Position numbers and translations under genes: made by a program
Source: Azolla caroliniana
Taxonomy: Eukaryota; Plantae; Polypodiophyta
DNA: 64,000 nt
Direction: 5' to 3'
Assembly: GCA_043228905.1 (NCBI GenBank)
Contig: JBHGNT010000003.1
Span: 3,410,001 to 3,474,000 of the forward strand
Part shown: piece after piece, positions 1-14,300 of the stretch
Position numbering within the stretch: position 1 is the stretch's first letter
Layout of the letters: the number at the start of each line of letters is the position of its first letter
Notes under the pieces: generated by a model
What the model was told of the DNA's origin: nothing
Database searches by the model: none
Seen by the model: the letters and a program-made list of their open reading frames with translations, nothing else

Positions 1-3000
1 CAGAAGGCACCATCAAGATGATGATGACGATGATGAAGATGAAGTCGAACAAATCCGCGAGCAAAGGTAAACCCTGAGAGAATGTAAAAATGAATTAGAT
101 CTTATTTTTAACATTGCATGTTTTGTTGAGATTGCATAGAAATAAATGTGTGGTTCTCTTAATCTTTCTCATGAAGTTGAACACCGAATAATGGTTCATT
201 TTAGTGCTATTTCAATATATACCCATGTTTCAAAATTCCTACCATAAAATTAAAAAAAGTGAAACTCAGCTATGAAACATATGTTTTGACAAAAGCAAAA
301 ATGCTTTGTATTATTATTATTGCTGCTGTTGTTTTACATGCTTAGAAAAGTAAAAAAATTACATGGTAGAAAACTGTAATTCATTATAGATACCATATAC
401 TGAATACATCAACATAACGGAAGTTTAAATAATGATTGGTGAAGGTTGAATCGTTACTAAAAAGGACCATATAAGTCATCAAATAAATTCAGAGAAGGTC
501 TCATTATTCATGATATAATTGCAAATGTTCCTAATCCTTACTCTTAGATACTCTAAGGTACCCACACAGATGCTTGGAGTTGTGTAGACAGGTTCTATGC
601 TTCCCCATGGAAAAGAAAGAAGAAAAAACGTGTCTTTATATTGCTTGCCATTTACATTGTCTGTATTGGGATGCTTCCTGAGTCATATGCCATAACAATC
701 TACATATGCATTCTTTGTTGGATTCTTCAATATGTATTGTGCTGGAACGCAGTCTTTTTGTTTATATTTCAATTAAATGATCTACATCTAGTTTGGATGT
801 CAGTGAACACACCTTGCAACTCAGTTGAAGGCTGACGATCTGCATTCCTATCATTTGAGAAAACTAGCAATGACCAATGCCTATGTATATAGGTTGTTAA
901 TATTTCCCTCCTTTTAAAATTTTATCATTACTACCAGTTGGAATGGCCTAAAACTTAGGGCTGAGCTGAAACTTGAAAGTAAACTTCGATTGATTCGATG
1001 ATCCCTGCCATGGGGCCTATAAATCTTTTGAAGCTTAAATTTATTTCTGTAGTGATGAAGGTGATGATAATAAAGCAGCTGATGGCCTATAAATCTTTTG
1101 AAGCTTAAATGTATTTCTGTAGCGATGAAGGTGATGACAATAAAGCAGCTGATGGAGTTGCTGAGATGCGTGATGTATTCGGTGACTCTGATGAAGAAGA
1201 ACAAGAACCTGAGTATCAACACCATGATGGAGCACAGGAGGAAGAGGAGGTTAGGGTATTCATTTTTTGATGCAACATGTTTTGTTTTTTGAACAGATAT
1301 ATCTATTTTTTCTATCAAGCATCAATGATTGTTTTGAATAGTTATTCGTATCTTGCTCTCTTTTCTATATTGTCTAGATGAGCATCTGGAATAGATATTT
1401 GTATCTTTCTCTCTCATTTTTTACATCCCAAAGATGACTGTGGTGGATAGTTATTTGTGCCTGTCTCTTGTTTTCTGCATCCTGTAGATGAGTGGCTCAG
1501 ACGATGAAGCTTTACCGAGAGGTAATATGCCAGAAGACATTGTGGCTGAACATGAAGAACAGTATGAATCAGAGGAAGAACAACCAGCAGAGCGTCGAGT
1601 ACGGGAAAGGCCAGTGGGCCCTCCTCTAGATATTGACATTCCTTTTTACACCCATCCTGGATCTTCAGACAAGGTGCTATATTCTTTGGTTTCTGCATGA
1701 TGGCTATCTTAGTCAATGAACTCAGACAAGAATTCGATTTTGCATAAAATGTACATATGGTGTTTTTAGATAATTGAAGGCAGGCAGTAGTTTGTGTATT
1801 AATATACAATTTGATGGTGGATATCAAGGCTAATCAGATTGATATATGAGCATGGGATGGATGAATATTGTATGATATATTAGATGATGTATGTTCATGG
1901 AATATCTATATATGAAATAATGTATGACCATGAGATGTTTTATCATAGAAAGAAAAACTAAAAAAAATCTCAACTAGGGCTGTTTGTGGTAAATGTGAGC
2001 TTATGGGAAATGATATATTTTACAAATGAAGATATCTTTTATTTGAGTTTGTGATTTCATTTATGGCTTGAATATCGGGGCCATTACTAAAACTCCATAA
2101 AGTGGGTGGCTGAGTAAAAAATTTATGGTAACAATATTGAGCTTTTAATATTCCAGATGTATGTGGCGAGGGTATCTAACATCATGGGCATTGATTCAAA
2201 GCCATTTGATCCAAATACTTATGTTGAAGAGGAAGAACACTTCATTACAGATGAAACTGGCCATAAACAAAGGATCAGGCTTGAAGATAATGTTGTTCGC
2301 TGGAGGAGGGCACGTGGTCGAAATGGCAGCATTAATGTAATCAATTTCTTTTTTCTATTAAATGCACAATTTTTAGTCAAGGACAGTTGCTATTTGTCTT
2401 CGTAACTGAAGTTTTTGAGTTTGGAAAATGTGCCATAATAACTACAGGAAGTGGCTTAACGTAAAAATGAGCATAGAAGCAAATTTCAAATACTATAGAA
2501 GGAATTACTTGTGACTGGCCATGACACTCTAGAGTCTGAAAGCCATAAAATAATCATATTAGGAACTTCCCCCTATGCTTAGTGGTCTGCAGTGCCAAAT
2601 TATTTGTGACCAAGAGTAAAAAGAAAAAAGAAAAAAGAAAACATGCTTTATGAAAGAGTTTTGAGTTGTTTCACATCTTTCATGAGGGATATGCTTATGG
2701 ATACCTGGCAGCTCATTATATTATAGAGTTTATTCAGAGTTTTGTAATAATCTATCTGGCTGTTTCTTTTATTTAAGAGACAAATCTGGGGCTCGTTAAA
2801 GCATACAATGTTTACTGTCTCTGTGATTGGTTCTGTACCTGTGTTTGAAGTTCCATCAGATCTTTTTTTATGTTTTACTGAAGTATTCCCCTTTTGAATG
2901 TTGCAAGTATGAGAGCAATGCCCGGTTTGTTAAATGGTCCGATGGAAGCATGCAATTACTTATTGGAAATGAAGTTCTTGATATTTCAGTGCAAAATGCT

Positions 3001-4418
3001 CATCATGATCACTCTCAGCTGTTCATCAACAGTGGCAAGGTCTGTTGCAACTGTGCTTTAGGCCATGTCTTCCTCTTAAAAGGCTTCAAGTATAAAATTA
3101 GAAAAGTTGTTCAATCATGCATTTCATGTTCGTATCTAATCCATACAGGGAATCTTGCAATCTCAAGGAAGGTTACTACAGAAGATGAAGTTTATGCCGT
3201 CGTCGTTGTCATCAAAGTCACATCGTCTTCTAACAGCTATTGTCGATTCACGAAATAAGAAGATGTATAAAGTAAAAAATGTTATTACAAATAAAGATCC
3301 TGAACGTGAAAAGGAAGAAGCTGAAAGGGTCTGTAGCCTTGCTATTTGCGAGATTTTATGCATGCTGTTGTCACTGCCCTAAAATGTCACATGAGTGAAA
3401 ATGAGAGACTAATTCGATATTGGGTTTTTTCAGTTGCAACAGAAAAGGATCAGAAACAAGGAAGATTTGCAGAAGAAGCAAGAAAAAATTAGTCGTAAAT
3501 ATACTCCAGCGCGTGAGAGGGCAGAACCTCAGCTTTCTCCTGGTTACCTTGAAAGAGAATTAGCTGAGGTTAGTTTTGTTGACTGATATGTTGAATAATA
3601 GTTCAAGTGTTGCATATGCACTTTTTTCTTGTGGTTATGTTCTAGCGGCAAAGCTCTTACTTCACAACCATGGGGATATGGGTTCAAACCCCTTAAGAGC
3701 ATTGTGGGTAGTTAGACCAGTATTCACACAAACCAGCATTGTTTGGTCCTCTTTAATCATGTGCGATTGGATAATCTTTTTTAGGACGATGAAAGGGATG
3801 ATGAAATTTCAAGGGGACACAGATTTCAACAATTGTTGGATGAAGAGCGTAAAGTAGAAAGAAGGATAAACAACGTCAAACGGGTAAGGATGCCAATGTC
3901 TATCTAGTGCAATATTGAATATTGTAAAAGTTAAGATTTGTGATTATGCTATGGCAGCAACCTATTTCTTTGAGAGAGCATTTACCAAAACGTACCAAGG
4001 AAAGGCGGCCTTCTCCACCACGAAGGAAAGAGGAGTCGGAAGAGAGTGAACATGAAGAAGAACCTTCAGAATATGAAACTGATGGTCAAGAGGAAGAAAC
4101 TCCTGTAAATGAGGCAGATGAAGAATCAGAGGAAGCAGAGGAAGAGGAGGAATACGACGATTACAATGGGAAGGTTGTGCAATGCTAATATGATAGTTAT
4201 AGCCAAAATGTGTTTATGTCTAGTTTTCTTTTGTGATACAGTTACTCATTTAGTCTTGTGAATATATTATCTTGCAGGAAAAAGGATGGGATGATAGAGA
4301 AGATGAATCATATAGGAAGAGGAAAGTTAAGGAAGATGAATATGAGAGTGAGATATCACCACATCGAAAACCTGTCCAAAGAAGGCGGGTTGTGGTTAGT
4401 GACAGCGATGAAGATTAA
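1..4418 (+). CDS. LEO1: LEO1/VIP4 homolog (PAF1 complex subunit), 5'-partial. Exons: <1-66, 1123-1249, 1488-1673, 2157-2336, 2908-3039, 3149-3328, 3434-3568, 3785-3883, 3958-4173, 4278-4418
   Basis: GT..AG introns with consistent phases. Leo1 motifs MRDVFGDSDEEE, SNIMGIDSKPFDP, RIRLEDNVVRWR, YESNARFVKWSDGSMQLLIGNEVLDI, KMKFMPSSLSSKSHRLLTAIVDSR, QLSPGYLE. Ends RRRVVVSDSDED-TAA (4416-4418). Confidence 0.95.
1014..1155 (+). repeat. 70-bp tandem duplication spanning a LEO1 3' splice site
   Basis: ggcctataaatcttttgaagcttaaat.tatttctgtag.gatgaaggtgatga.aataaagcagctgatgg occurs at 1014 and 1084 with 3 mismatches. Confidence 0.95.
3638..3691 (+). mobile_element. tRNA-derived SINE-like head in a LEO1 intron
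   Basis: A-box-like TGTTCTAGCGG (3638-3648) and B-box GGTTCAAACCC (3681-3691), 32 nt apart. No cloverleaf seen. Confidence 0.4.
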
Positions 4419-5356
4419 TGAGCTGCAATGTTCGGTGGAGGTTTGTATAATTTCTCCTATATTTGCATTATAAGAATTAGGGAAATACTGTGAACTATCC
4501 CTGACTTTTTCTTTATTTCCCAATTGCCACTGCTTAACCCCCGAAAGAAAGAAAAAGAGGATGAATTGACCATATAACTGCTCTTTCGGCTGTTGACATA
4601 GCGCACTTGGGGAAATAAAGAAAAATTCAGGGTTTTTCTCATAGAGATATAAAAGGCTGAATAATGACTCTGTTTGCTGTATATCAGTTAATAAAGTCTG
4701 AGTGGGACCCTTTTACAAGAGATAAATATATCTCTTAGATGTTTTCCAAAGGTATGTACAGAAACTTTCAAGTATCCATTACATATTCAGCAAATGCTGG
4801 ATACAATCAGATTGACATATAGTGGCGTCTGATTTGAAGTCTTTATACAATACCTTGAAGAGTTGTTGGCCGATTGCCATAATGACGTAAATGCTGTTGG
4901 CAGAGTCTGAAGTCGAGAAATTTGGTTGAATTTATTTGTATGTACCTTACATGGATATCTCCTTTGCCTTTATGCCGCAGCGTTTTGTTGTAATATCATA
5001 TGGAGTATAGATGTGAACCAACTAGATTCCCAGAATCCTTGTGGTTATTGTGGCAATTTATGATATGCTGGGTTTTGGAAATGTTTGATTTGTCCAATTA
5101 TTAATTAAATGGTCATCCAGAAGTTAGAGACTAATTCCTTTGTAATTCTCTGATGAGTGAAACTTGTTGCAAGTACTCTAATACATTTTGGATTAAGAGT
5201 TGTGATTATTTTACATTGGTATAACATGAAAGAGATCATTTGCAAAGTGGGTTTTCATCAAATGATATGAAGAATTCATGTAGGAACCTTTGAGGATTTT
5301 TTTGACCAAAATGTCAATGAAATTTATCTACACGTGTCAGCTGCATGCTCAAATAT

Positions 5357-5837
5357 CGTTAGCAGTGAGAAATAGTTTGGTTCAGTTCAATTCAGTTTGA
5401 GAGTCTCAAATTGAACCATTTAAAAAAAATTAAAACTTAAACCTAACCAAATTGAACTATGAAACAGTTCAAATTGAAATGAAGCTCAAACCAAATGGTT
5501 TCGGAGATTTTTGAATTGTTAAACTGTTAAGTTGTGGATTTGCAGTTAGGTTTCAGTTTTAGTTTCCAGGTTAATTCGTTTTTTATTTTTCTAGAATTCC
5601 AAAGTTCAAACATTTTTCCTAAAATTTTAGATTTAGCCTTAAATGTTAAAAGGTTGTTCAAAAAAATAAACAAGTGTTAACAATAAACTATTAAAGGCTC
5701 AAACCAAACAGAACATATGGTTGACCCCTAGACCAAAGTGTTTACATAAACTTGAACTTGAAGTGAATTGAATTGAACCATTTAAATCATTGACGTTTTG
5801 TGGTTCTGTTAGGTTCAAATTGAGTCGTTGCTAATTG
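5357..5837. mobile_element. Degenerate hAT-type MITE
   Basis: Imperfect TIRs (cgttagcagtga / tcgttgctaattg), interior rich in ttgaacc/ggttc motifs, candidate 8-bp TSD tcaaatat/ttaaatgt with 2 mismatches. Confidence 0.5.
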
Positions 5838-6236
5838 TTAAATGTGATGATTTATTGATCTCTCTATGTAGGATTATGTATCACATGTTTAGATATATTG
5901 AAATTTGACGTTGCACTAGAAGATGTTTTGTGATTAGAATGTCAGAAATGAAATAATATTCTAAATCATGAATCTTCCTATCTTTGGACTTTGAAGTTCA
6001 ATGATGAGTTGCAATTGTGTATGCAACATCAACGAATAAATTTATTATGATAATTGTAATTTAAAGGAATGATCTAAGAAAGAACTTAAATAAAAATACA
6101 TTCATAGAACTTTTTTTACCAAGCATGAGGAAATGAAGACAGACCTATTTAAAAATGTTATCTATTAATTTCTCTCAATTAAAAAGAGCGCACATCCTAA
6201 TTGATCAAATTAGAAGCTTACTTTGCTCAATTATGT

Positions 6237-6747
6237 TCAATAGAGAAGAAAAAACTTTAATTTGCCAAACTAGGATGTTCAATTTGCTTTGTGGCAAACA
6301 TATGCCAACTAGTAAGCTTCACATGAGACTGTCTTGGTAAGTTGGTGGTTTAGTTAATAGAAAAGTGAGAGGACATAAGTTCAATCTTCACCATAGGGCT
6401 CAACCCTCAATAGAGAGGAAAAAACTTTAATTTGCCAAACTAGGATGTTCAATTTGCTTTGTGGCAAACATATGCCAACTAGTAAGCTTCACATGAGACT
6501 GTCTTGGTAAGTTGGTGGTTTAGTTAATAGAAAAGTGAGAGGACATAAGTTCAATCTTCACCATAGGGCTCAACCCTCAATAGAGAGGAAAAAACTTTAA
6601 TTTGCCAAACTAGGATGTTCAATTTGCTTTGTGGCAAACATATGCCAACTAGTAAGCTTCACATGAGACTGTCTTGGTAAGTTGGTGGTTTGGTTAATAG
6701 AAAAGTGAGAGGACATAAGTTCAATCTTCACCATAGGGCTCAACCCT
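6237..6747 (+). repeat. Tandem repeat, 3 x 170 bp
   Basis: tagaga.gaaaaaactttaa recurs at 6241, 6411 and 6581. About 2 differences among copies. Confidence 0.97.
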
Positions 6748-7258
6748 ATCCTATAGATCATATCTCTCTCTTGAGGGGATTATTACAAAATTGTTGATTT
6801 TGGCTTGTATTAGTTGTTGGGGGACAAAGATCTTAGAGTCACCATCCCATGCATTTTAATTACCTACTTGTAGGGTTTGCCAAATTGTTCTAGCCATCTA
6901 AATCCGAACACCTTAAAAGAAATTTATTTATATTAGGGTTGAGGACGGTAGAGCACATGAAATGCCAAAAATCAAGAAAGCTTGAAGACATTGAGAATAC
7001 CTTAGACTTGTTTGCTAGTTTATAGAAGGCTAAATGAAGTTAAATACATTTCTAAGGTTTTCTACATATATTGGGATTACTCTCACAACTCATATACAAT
7101 GCCAAGATGATTGAAGAAGACCTTCATATCCATGAATAAGACCATTTTTTGTGCCAATCTTTAGTTTCCATGTATATTGTCAATGGAAGTCTCAAACTTT
7201 TGTGTGAGTTTCAAATAAACCTAATTTCCAATTGCCGATACTTTGGCCATTCAAATAA

Positions 7259-7587
7259 ACTTCACAATAGTCTAACACAAGAACTTTGGGAATCTCGAAG
7301 CTTATTAACAGTAAAACCTTGATCATGAACATCCTATGATCAAAAGAAATTCAATCATTATCGTTTGCCTTGTGTTGGGATATATGTGAACATTTGCATG
7401 TGTCTTCATTATGATTGGATGTACTTCACAATAGTCTAACACAAGAACTTTGGGAATCTCGAAGCTTATTAACAGTAAAACCTTGATCATGAACATCCTA
7501 TGATCAAAAGAAATTCAATCATTATCGTTTGCCTTGTGTTGGGATATATGTGAACATTTGCATGTGTCTTCATTATGATTGGATGTA
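7259..7587 (+). repeat. Tandem duplication, 2 x 164 bp
   Basis: acttcacaatagtctaacac at 7259 and 7423. Copies look identical. Confidence 0.97.
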
Positions 7588-9601
7588 ACTTGTGTTATTG
7601 GAGTTTCGATATCGATGAATTTTGGATTGAACTTCAGACTCTTTTTTTCATTTGACAATTACCCTTTACAATTTTCTCTCTTTCTGGTTGATGAAGTCTA
7701 CATCATTGAATGTGACGTCTGCATAATTTCCGTTGGGACCATTGTAAAATGATTGATCTCCTCAGGTTCCCACGCTATGAAGCTTATTCACCTATATTAC
7801 AGAGCTTCTTGTCATGAGTATCAATCAATATGCATGCAGTCATGTCAAATGTATGATCCAATGGACCTTGAGCTTGAAAATGGGAGAGTTTGTTATCCAT
7901 CAATCTTCACGAGCCCCCCTAGCTTTCCATTAGCTTTGTTTGTTTTTTTAAAGAAAGAAAGAGTCTCAAGTCCTTAGTATATTACTTGAGAACTGTACAT
8001 GGGGAAAACAAAAGGAGACATTTCATCTCACTTCTAGTGTGATACAAAAGCTAGTATCAGCATATGATCAAACAAACAGATGATGTCATATATATTGGGA
8101 CAAACAATATCATGTTGGTTGCAAAATACATGATTTGAGTTGACTAACATTCTCAAATGTAGAACTTATCACTTGACAATGGAAAATTGATGCTTAATTG
8201 TATGTGTGGACGGGGCCAATGTGGATAGGATTGTCAATTATCTTCACATTGTCTCAATCATTCATATTCAACAAAGCTATTGTGGGGGTCTCCATATAGT
8301 CAAGATGCATGGGGATATCTTTCTAGGTTACTGAGTTCAAGGATATATTTTGTAAGGTAAATGTTTTGTTTAGATGGTCCCTAACATACGACTACATGGC
8401 CATTGAGTACAATTGGGCATTTGTGATAATGTTCGAATGATTGGAATCTTGGTAACACCCACTTTGTAATATTAAAGGTGGGTATTGCGCTTTACGTCAA
8501 GGGCTTGGAGAACCACAAGCACACATTGATTATATGGTTGGGAGATGAATTCAATGTCAATTTTTAGATGTCAATAAATACAAATATGGAGTAATTATTG
8601 TATCCAAAGTAAATGAATAAAATGAAAAGAGCAAACACATGCCTCAACAAATTTTCCTTATTAATATCATCTAACGTAAATCTGATCACATTTAGGACAA
8701 CAATTGAGGTGTCACCATAACACCCTTGTCTTCAACTCTTTTACAATTTTATATGTGCTCAAAGGAACTTGGTTTGTTCGTTTATTATAGACAGTAATAA
8801 TGAGGAAAAGTTATCCTGACCAACGATATGTTGAAAGGTGGAAAAGAATGCCGACATGCCTAGACAAATAGTGATGGCAATAGGTGACACCTATATAGTA
8901 TGGATGGAACAATCCCTCCTTGAGTTTTTTATTTTCTAAGCAAGATGGAATCATAAGATAGAGGAGGTTATAACTCGAGGGAACGGAAAGTTGAAATCAT
9001 TACAAAGGGTAGTGTATCCATTGTGTAAGGTTGTATCATGTGGGTTGTTCTCGAAAAGAGATAAGTAAAACAAGTTGAAGTTGCCATCATTTAAACTTTC
9101 TTCCAACATTCATTGGGTTTTATACCATAATTGATGCGCTTAAATAGTTGGCCCCTCCTCACTTACATTGTCGTACTTTTTTTATTTCTTTTGCCCCTCC
9201 TCACGTGTCCACATGTATTGGGTTATTTGTTTTGGAAAGCAAATGGAATAGGAGTTCCTTATTTAGGAGATGATCTTTTGACCAAATATGGGCGAAGTTT
9301 AACAAGTGTACTTTTTCCTCTCCATGACCAATCCTAGGCCTCAAAGGCATTCTCCACATGGTCTACTTATGCAAATTTCATACTTAGTAGATAAACATAA
9401 GCAATGCACTATATACAAACTTCTCAATGCTCACGAGTCAATCTTTACGCTAAAGAACTCATCCAATTTACATAATTGAACTCTTCATATTGACATTTGA
9501 AATTCAATAATAAAACATAGTTAAACTTCCCATCAATATGCATATCCTTAGAGGTAATCCAAATTATGATAATACTTATTTGCATTAGTCTTAATCAAAA
9601 C

Positions 9602-9805
9602 ATGAGAAAAAAGAAAAAAAAAGAAAAAAGAAAAAAGAGAGAAAAGAGAAAAAAAAAGAAAAAAAAGAAAAAAGAAAAAAGAAAAAAGAAAAAAGAGATA
9701 AAAGAAAAAAGAAAAAGAAATAAAAAATAAAAAAAATAAAAGAAATAAAAAATAAAAAAAATAAAAAAAATAAAAAAGAAAAGATGACGGAAGGAAGAAA
9801 AAAAA
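9602..9805 (+). repeat. A-rich low-complexity tract (AAAAAG/AAAAAT)n
   Basis: About 200 nt of almost pure A with interspersed G and T. Confidence 0.9.
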
Positions 9806-9829
9806 CATGACATTTATTGTTGCATTTTT

Positions 9830-10103
9830 AGCAAGACATAAAATAGTTCCAATTGTTGTATGGTGTCTATGGAAAGCCAGGTGTGTGCGGATGTTTCAGG
9901 GTCAAATAGTCCCATTTGAAGAAACCATTGCATCTACTTGGTTAGAATTGGTGATTTCCTTTATAGTTGAATATGATAGTATTCCTACACATATAGATTC
10001 TAGAGTATTATTAGAAATAGTTTTTTGGAAGCTCTTAAGTTCTATTCCAGTTTTTCAAATGGAAGACTATAGGATGACATGGCAGTTCTCTTCCCCTTGT
10101 TGA
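9830..10103 (+). mobile_element. LINE (L1-type) ORF2 C-terminal remnant
   Basis: Translation IVVWCLWKARCVRMFQG resembles the W-x-[IL]-W-x-x-R-N-x-x-x-F motif at the end of plant L1 ORF2. Confidence 0.6.
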
Positions 10104-10499
10104 TTGATCTCTACTACTTGTATATAGAGTCATCTCCTTAGTTCACCTAAGGGAAGGATATATGGATGGTCATTGACTTTCACATTATGGTTTTGGAAGT
10201 CTTTTGGTTTCCTTTCCATCTAATTTGTATGTTGTAGATGATTTGGGTTATCTTAATGAATAGAAGGATATTCTTTTTGGAAAAAAAACCCCTATGCATC
10301 CACGACTTCGGGGTATTCCGTTTGCTATTCCCATTAACCTTTTTGCTAATAATCATTTGTCGTGTATTCCATATTGCTTTTATGATTTGAGAAATAGGAC
10401 CTTCAAAACTCGTAGCATTAAATTTGCGTGTGTCCACTTGAATTGTTATCATTATCTTGATTATTATTATTATTCTAGTCATGTTAGTTCTCTTTGCCA

Positions 10500-10910
10500 A
10501 TCCTTCATATTCACATCGTTCACAATAATTCTTCCTCTTTATTCTTGTCCATAATTGTGTGACATACCACCTTACGTTGGATACATCATAACACTCAGAT
10601 ATGAAAGTTAACAACATAAATTATTATGACAACACGTCCATTTTGGATGTATCAAAAAGACAATGTCATTAGATGGTGGAGTAGTTAATTTTATCTCAAA
10701 ATTCTCTTTTTTTAATATAGTTAATTTTATCCTTCATATTCACATTAATTTTTCCTCTTTATTCTTGTCCATAATTGTGTGACATACCGCCTTACGTATA
10801 CATCCCAATAGTCAGATATGAAAGTCACAAATAGAAATTATTATGGCAACACGTCCATGTTGGAAGTACCCAAAAGACAATGTCGCTAGGTGGTGAGCTA
10901 GTGAAGTTTA
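10500..10910 (+). repeat. Older, diverged tandem duplication (~230 bp period)
   Basis: atccttcatattcacat...cttgtccataattgtgtgacatacc...caaaagacaatgtc at about 10500 and 10729. Confidence 0.85.
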
Positions 10911-11141
10911 TCTTGAATATGCATATACAATTTCTCAAATGTTGATTTTGTTCCTTCTCTATCTTGAAGGGTATTTGTGTTTTGGATGAAAATAAGTGGA
11001 AAAGGTGAGACCCTATAATATTCCCTTGAATTTTCCCTATGTGGAAAGATTTCAATTATTATACATTACTTTTCGACTCAACTAGGCATAACTACAAGAA
11101 GGAAATATCTGCTATCTTTAGATCACATGACTAATGGATAC

Positions 11142-11304
11142 ATGGCCACATACAAACACATAATTATTTGTTTTTTATGAATACAACTCTTTGTATCTGT
11201 ATATGTTGTTGCCTGAACATCTATGGCCACATACAAACACATAATTATTTATTTTTTATGAATACAACTCTTTGTATCTGTATAGGTTGTTGCCTGAACA
11301 TCTA
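11142..11304 (+). repeat. Tandem duplication, 2 x 81 bp
   Basis: atggccacatacaaacacataattattt at 11142 and 11223, 2 mismatches. Confidence 0.95.
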
Positions 11305-14300
11305 ACATGTCCTATCTTAACACATTCAAAATTGTAAACATTTCGGCAACCAAGATCTACTTTGAGTGTAAATAGGAATGGCCTTGTATATTTCTATAGC
11401 ATATATATGTCATAAGAAAGAAAAGAGCAGGTCCAACCATCCAAACATTGTCCTCCCTTTTCAACCTCCACCCCCCTTGTTCACTTATAGAGTCTTATAC
11501 CTAGATCATAATCTAAACACTTATACAAATACATGCATAAACTTTGTCTCTCTTGTTCTCTTAAGAAGTTGTAAGTACCCAGATACAAAGAGTTCTCTTG
11601 TACTCGATAAACTAAATCATTAGAGGGAAAGAGTCCTCATGTACTCGAAAAAGTAAATCATTCGAATGATGTGGAAGTTTTTGAAGCAGTCTTATTTACT
11701 TTCAGTTTTCAGAATGATGAGTGAAGATGGTGGCGGAGGTAGAAGCAAGGTTTTATGAGAGTGAGGAAAGTGGATTAATTCTGTTTTGTGTATGTATAGG
11801 AAATTGCTGAAAATAGAGAGATTTACGACTCGGGCAATAATTGGCAAGATGGATGCTATGGAAAAGGAAGCTGATTTATTTTTGAAAGGATGAGTGAGGA
11901 TGTTATCGACGGTTGAAGCAAAATGTCATGACTGGATGAGGACAACTAATTTTTTCTTTGTTGTCTATACAGGAATTTCATGGAAAATGGAGAGATGGTT
12001 GATGTGGAAATATTTTGAAGCACTTTTATTTGTTTTTAGTTTATACAACGATGAGAGAAGATGGTGGCGGAGGCAGAAGCAAATTTTCATGAGGGTCTGA
12101 GGGGAGTGGATTGAGTAGACAACCAGTATTTTCATATGGTAGGCTCATATGGATCATTTGGATATGATGAAATCTTACATGTAGCAACGATCAAGGAATC
12201 ATTGTGAAAGAAGATATATCACTGCATGTTGAATACGATGGAATTGATGCTAGGGGCTTTGGCATGGCATCAACATTACTCGGTGATATGGACGCTGCTA
12301 GGGCAACAATATTACTTAGGGAGAAGTTCACTGATATTATCTTGTATCTTGCCTTTATCTTTATCTAGAAAGATTGGCTACACATTATTCAGTGTAATGT
12401 TGGATTATTTTGTATCTTGCCTTTGGCTACTTTAATCTTAATACTAATGGAGGATAATTTGTATGGGAAAAAAAAAAGAAAAAAAAGAAAATCATTCGAA
12501 GAAAGAGCGTAGATTTGCTCTAGGATATCATGAGAAATATAAGAAGCGGATAAAGAAAATTGCAAAATGATCAACTAGGAGCAGATAAAGAATATATAGA
12601 TAAAGATTGATCAACCATGAGAAACTAGGTTATGAGACAATTAGAGTGTCCATAGAACCCAAAAACCCACCCAACTGTAAAAAGTTACATTGGCTTGTAG
12701 AATACGAAGAAAGTTATTCAAAACAAACCAACTTGAGTTATAAGCAATGTTGTTTTGCTACAAAAAACTATGCGTGACCAACAAACCATAGTTGTAAGAA
12801 ATGTTGCACTATCATGTTCAAAACTAGGTGGGCATTGATAAATCCACCTCATTTGCAAGCTACACACATTTTTTGAGTATGACACACTACACTCAATGGC
12901 AATACCATAATTGGCCAACAAAGCTTAGTGAAATAATGATATAGCCCATGTACCCCAATCATCATATTGTGTATAAACCTATTCACCTTTGTTGGTATCT
13001 TGGTTGCTTATGTCAACTTCAAATATTAATTTAACATGGTTGATGTTGAAGCCTTTATCTAGAGTTAGAACTTAGAAAGGGGTTTTTTGTGTATGTTCAT
13101 CCACATGCACATATCAACATGTTAGGTGTCCCTTCAGAGCTTCATGAAGCATAAAATTCAAGAAATCATGTGTTTGAGTTCAATTTGTCTTAACCACTAG
13201 TTTCCTAGCTCAAAATCTATCATAGTGCATATTTTTTTACCTAGGTTGATCCAACATTACCACACATCACATGCATGTGTGTTCTCGCACACGCACGCAA
13301 CCAACACACACATACACACGTTTTCTTTGGTTCTATACTACATGTGGGAAGCTTGAAAGCAAGGTAAAAGTCCACACAAAATATAAATAATATGAGGGTC
13401 AACCGTCAAACAATAAAAAGAAAAGAGAATGTTGATGTGATCTTAAATGTCATGGGAAACATAGTAATATAATGATCAAGGAGAGAAAAATTGGTCCGTT
13501 AGTTAAAGATTATAATAACTGCAATTTCATCAAGGGTTCATTGTGCTATTTAGAACTTTAATTGGTCCATGTGACATAAAAAAATGTTGATAGAGACAAG
13601 GATGCTGAACAAATTGAGCATACATCAAACATGTCCATAATGAGTCAATCGTTGCTTGACCATGATAAATCATTCTAACACGCACAACAAATCTTGTATC
13701 TATCTAGTGGATGACATGATAAATAAAACCAAATATATCGGTACCATTAGATAAACTTATTATAACCCTTGGTCTTATTCTTTTATTTTATTTTGTATCC
13801 ACTAGAGAATTAAGATGCTACACTCCATGATTTTGCTTTTTGCAAGGTACAACCCTTACTTATGCTAAAAACTTTAACAAATTCAGATTGCAAGGGAGAT
13901 GTCCACCTTGGTCCAACAATTTACATACTCCCTTTTAGATATAAGCACATATCGATATGATTACCTTGTGAATCTCAAAATATATTTGAAAGACCTTGTA
14001 TAAGTATGTTAGATCCAAGCTTGATGATCTTCATGGAAGCATCATCAACTAAATGCTTACAAGACCATATGACATCATTGGACCAACAATTTCCCCCTTT
14101 TTAGGCTAGGCTACACATTGAAAAATTACCATTAAAGTATCTTGATTCCCAATTCTTTGGAATAATGAAGGTCTTGGACTAATTTTTAGGCCACTATAGT
14201 TTTAAAGAGAGAAGAGATTGTAACCAAAGAACTCAAAGCTATCTTAGTGAACAAATTCCATTTATTTGAATTTATTTTGAGAGAAAGAAAAACTACAGAC

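Noticed and set aside
6237-6747. Regular repeat arrays (here and at 37155 and 61792) as CRISPR-like arrays
   Set aside because: They are head-to-tail units with no unique spacers, in a eukaryotic context with no cas genes.
9548-9813. Phe-rich ORFs, and Tyr/Ile/His-Thr-rich ORFs at 40987-42561 and 51387-51843
   Set aside because: They are translations of A-rich tracts and microsatellites.
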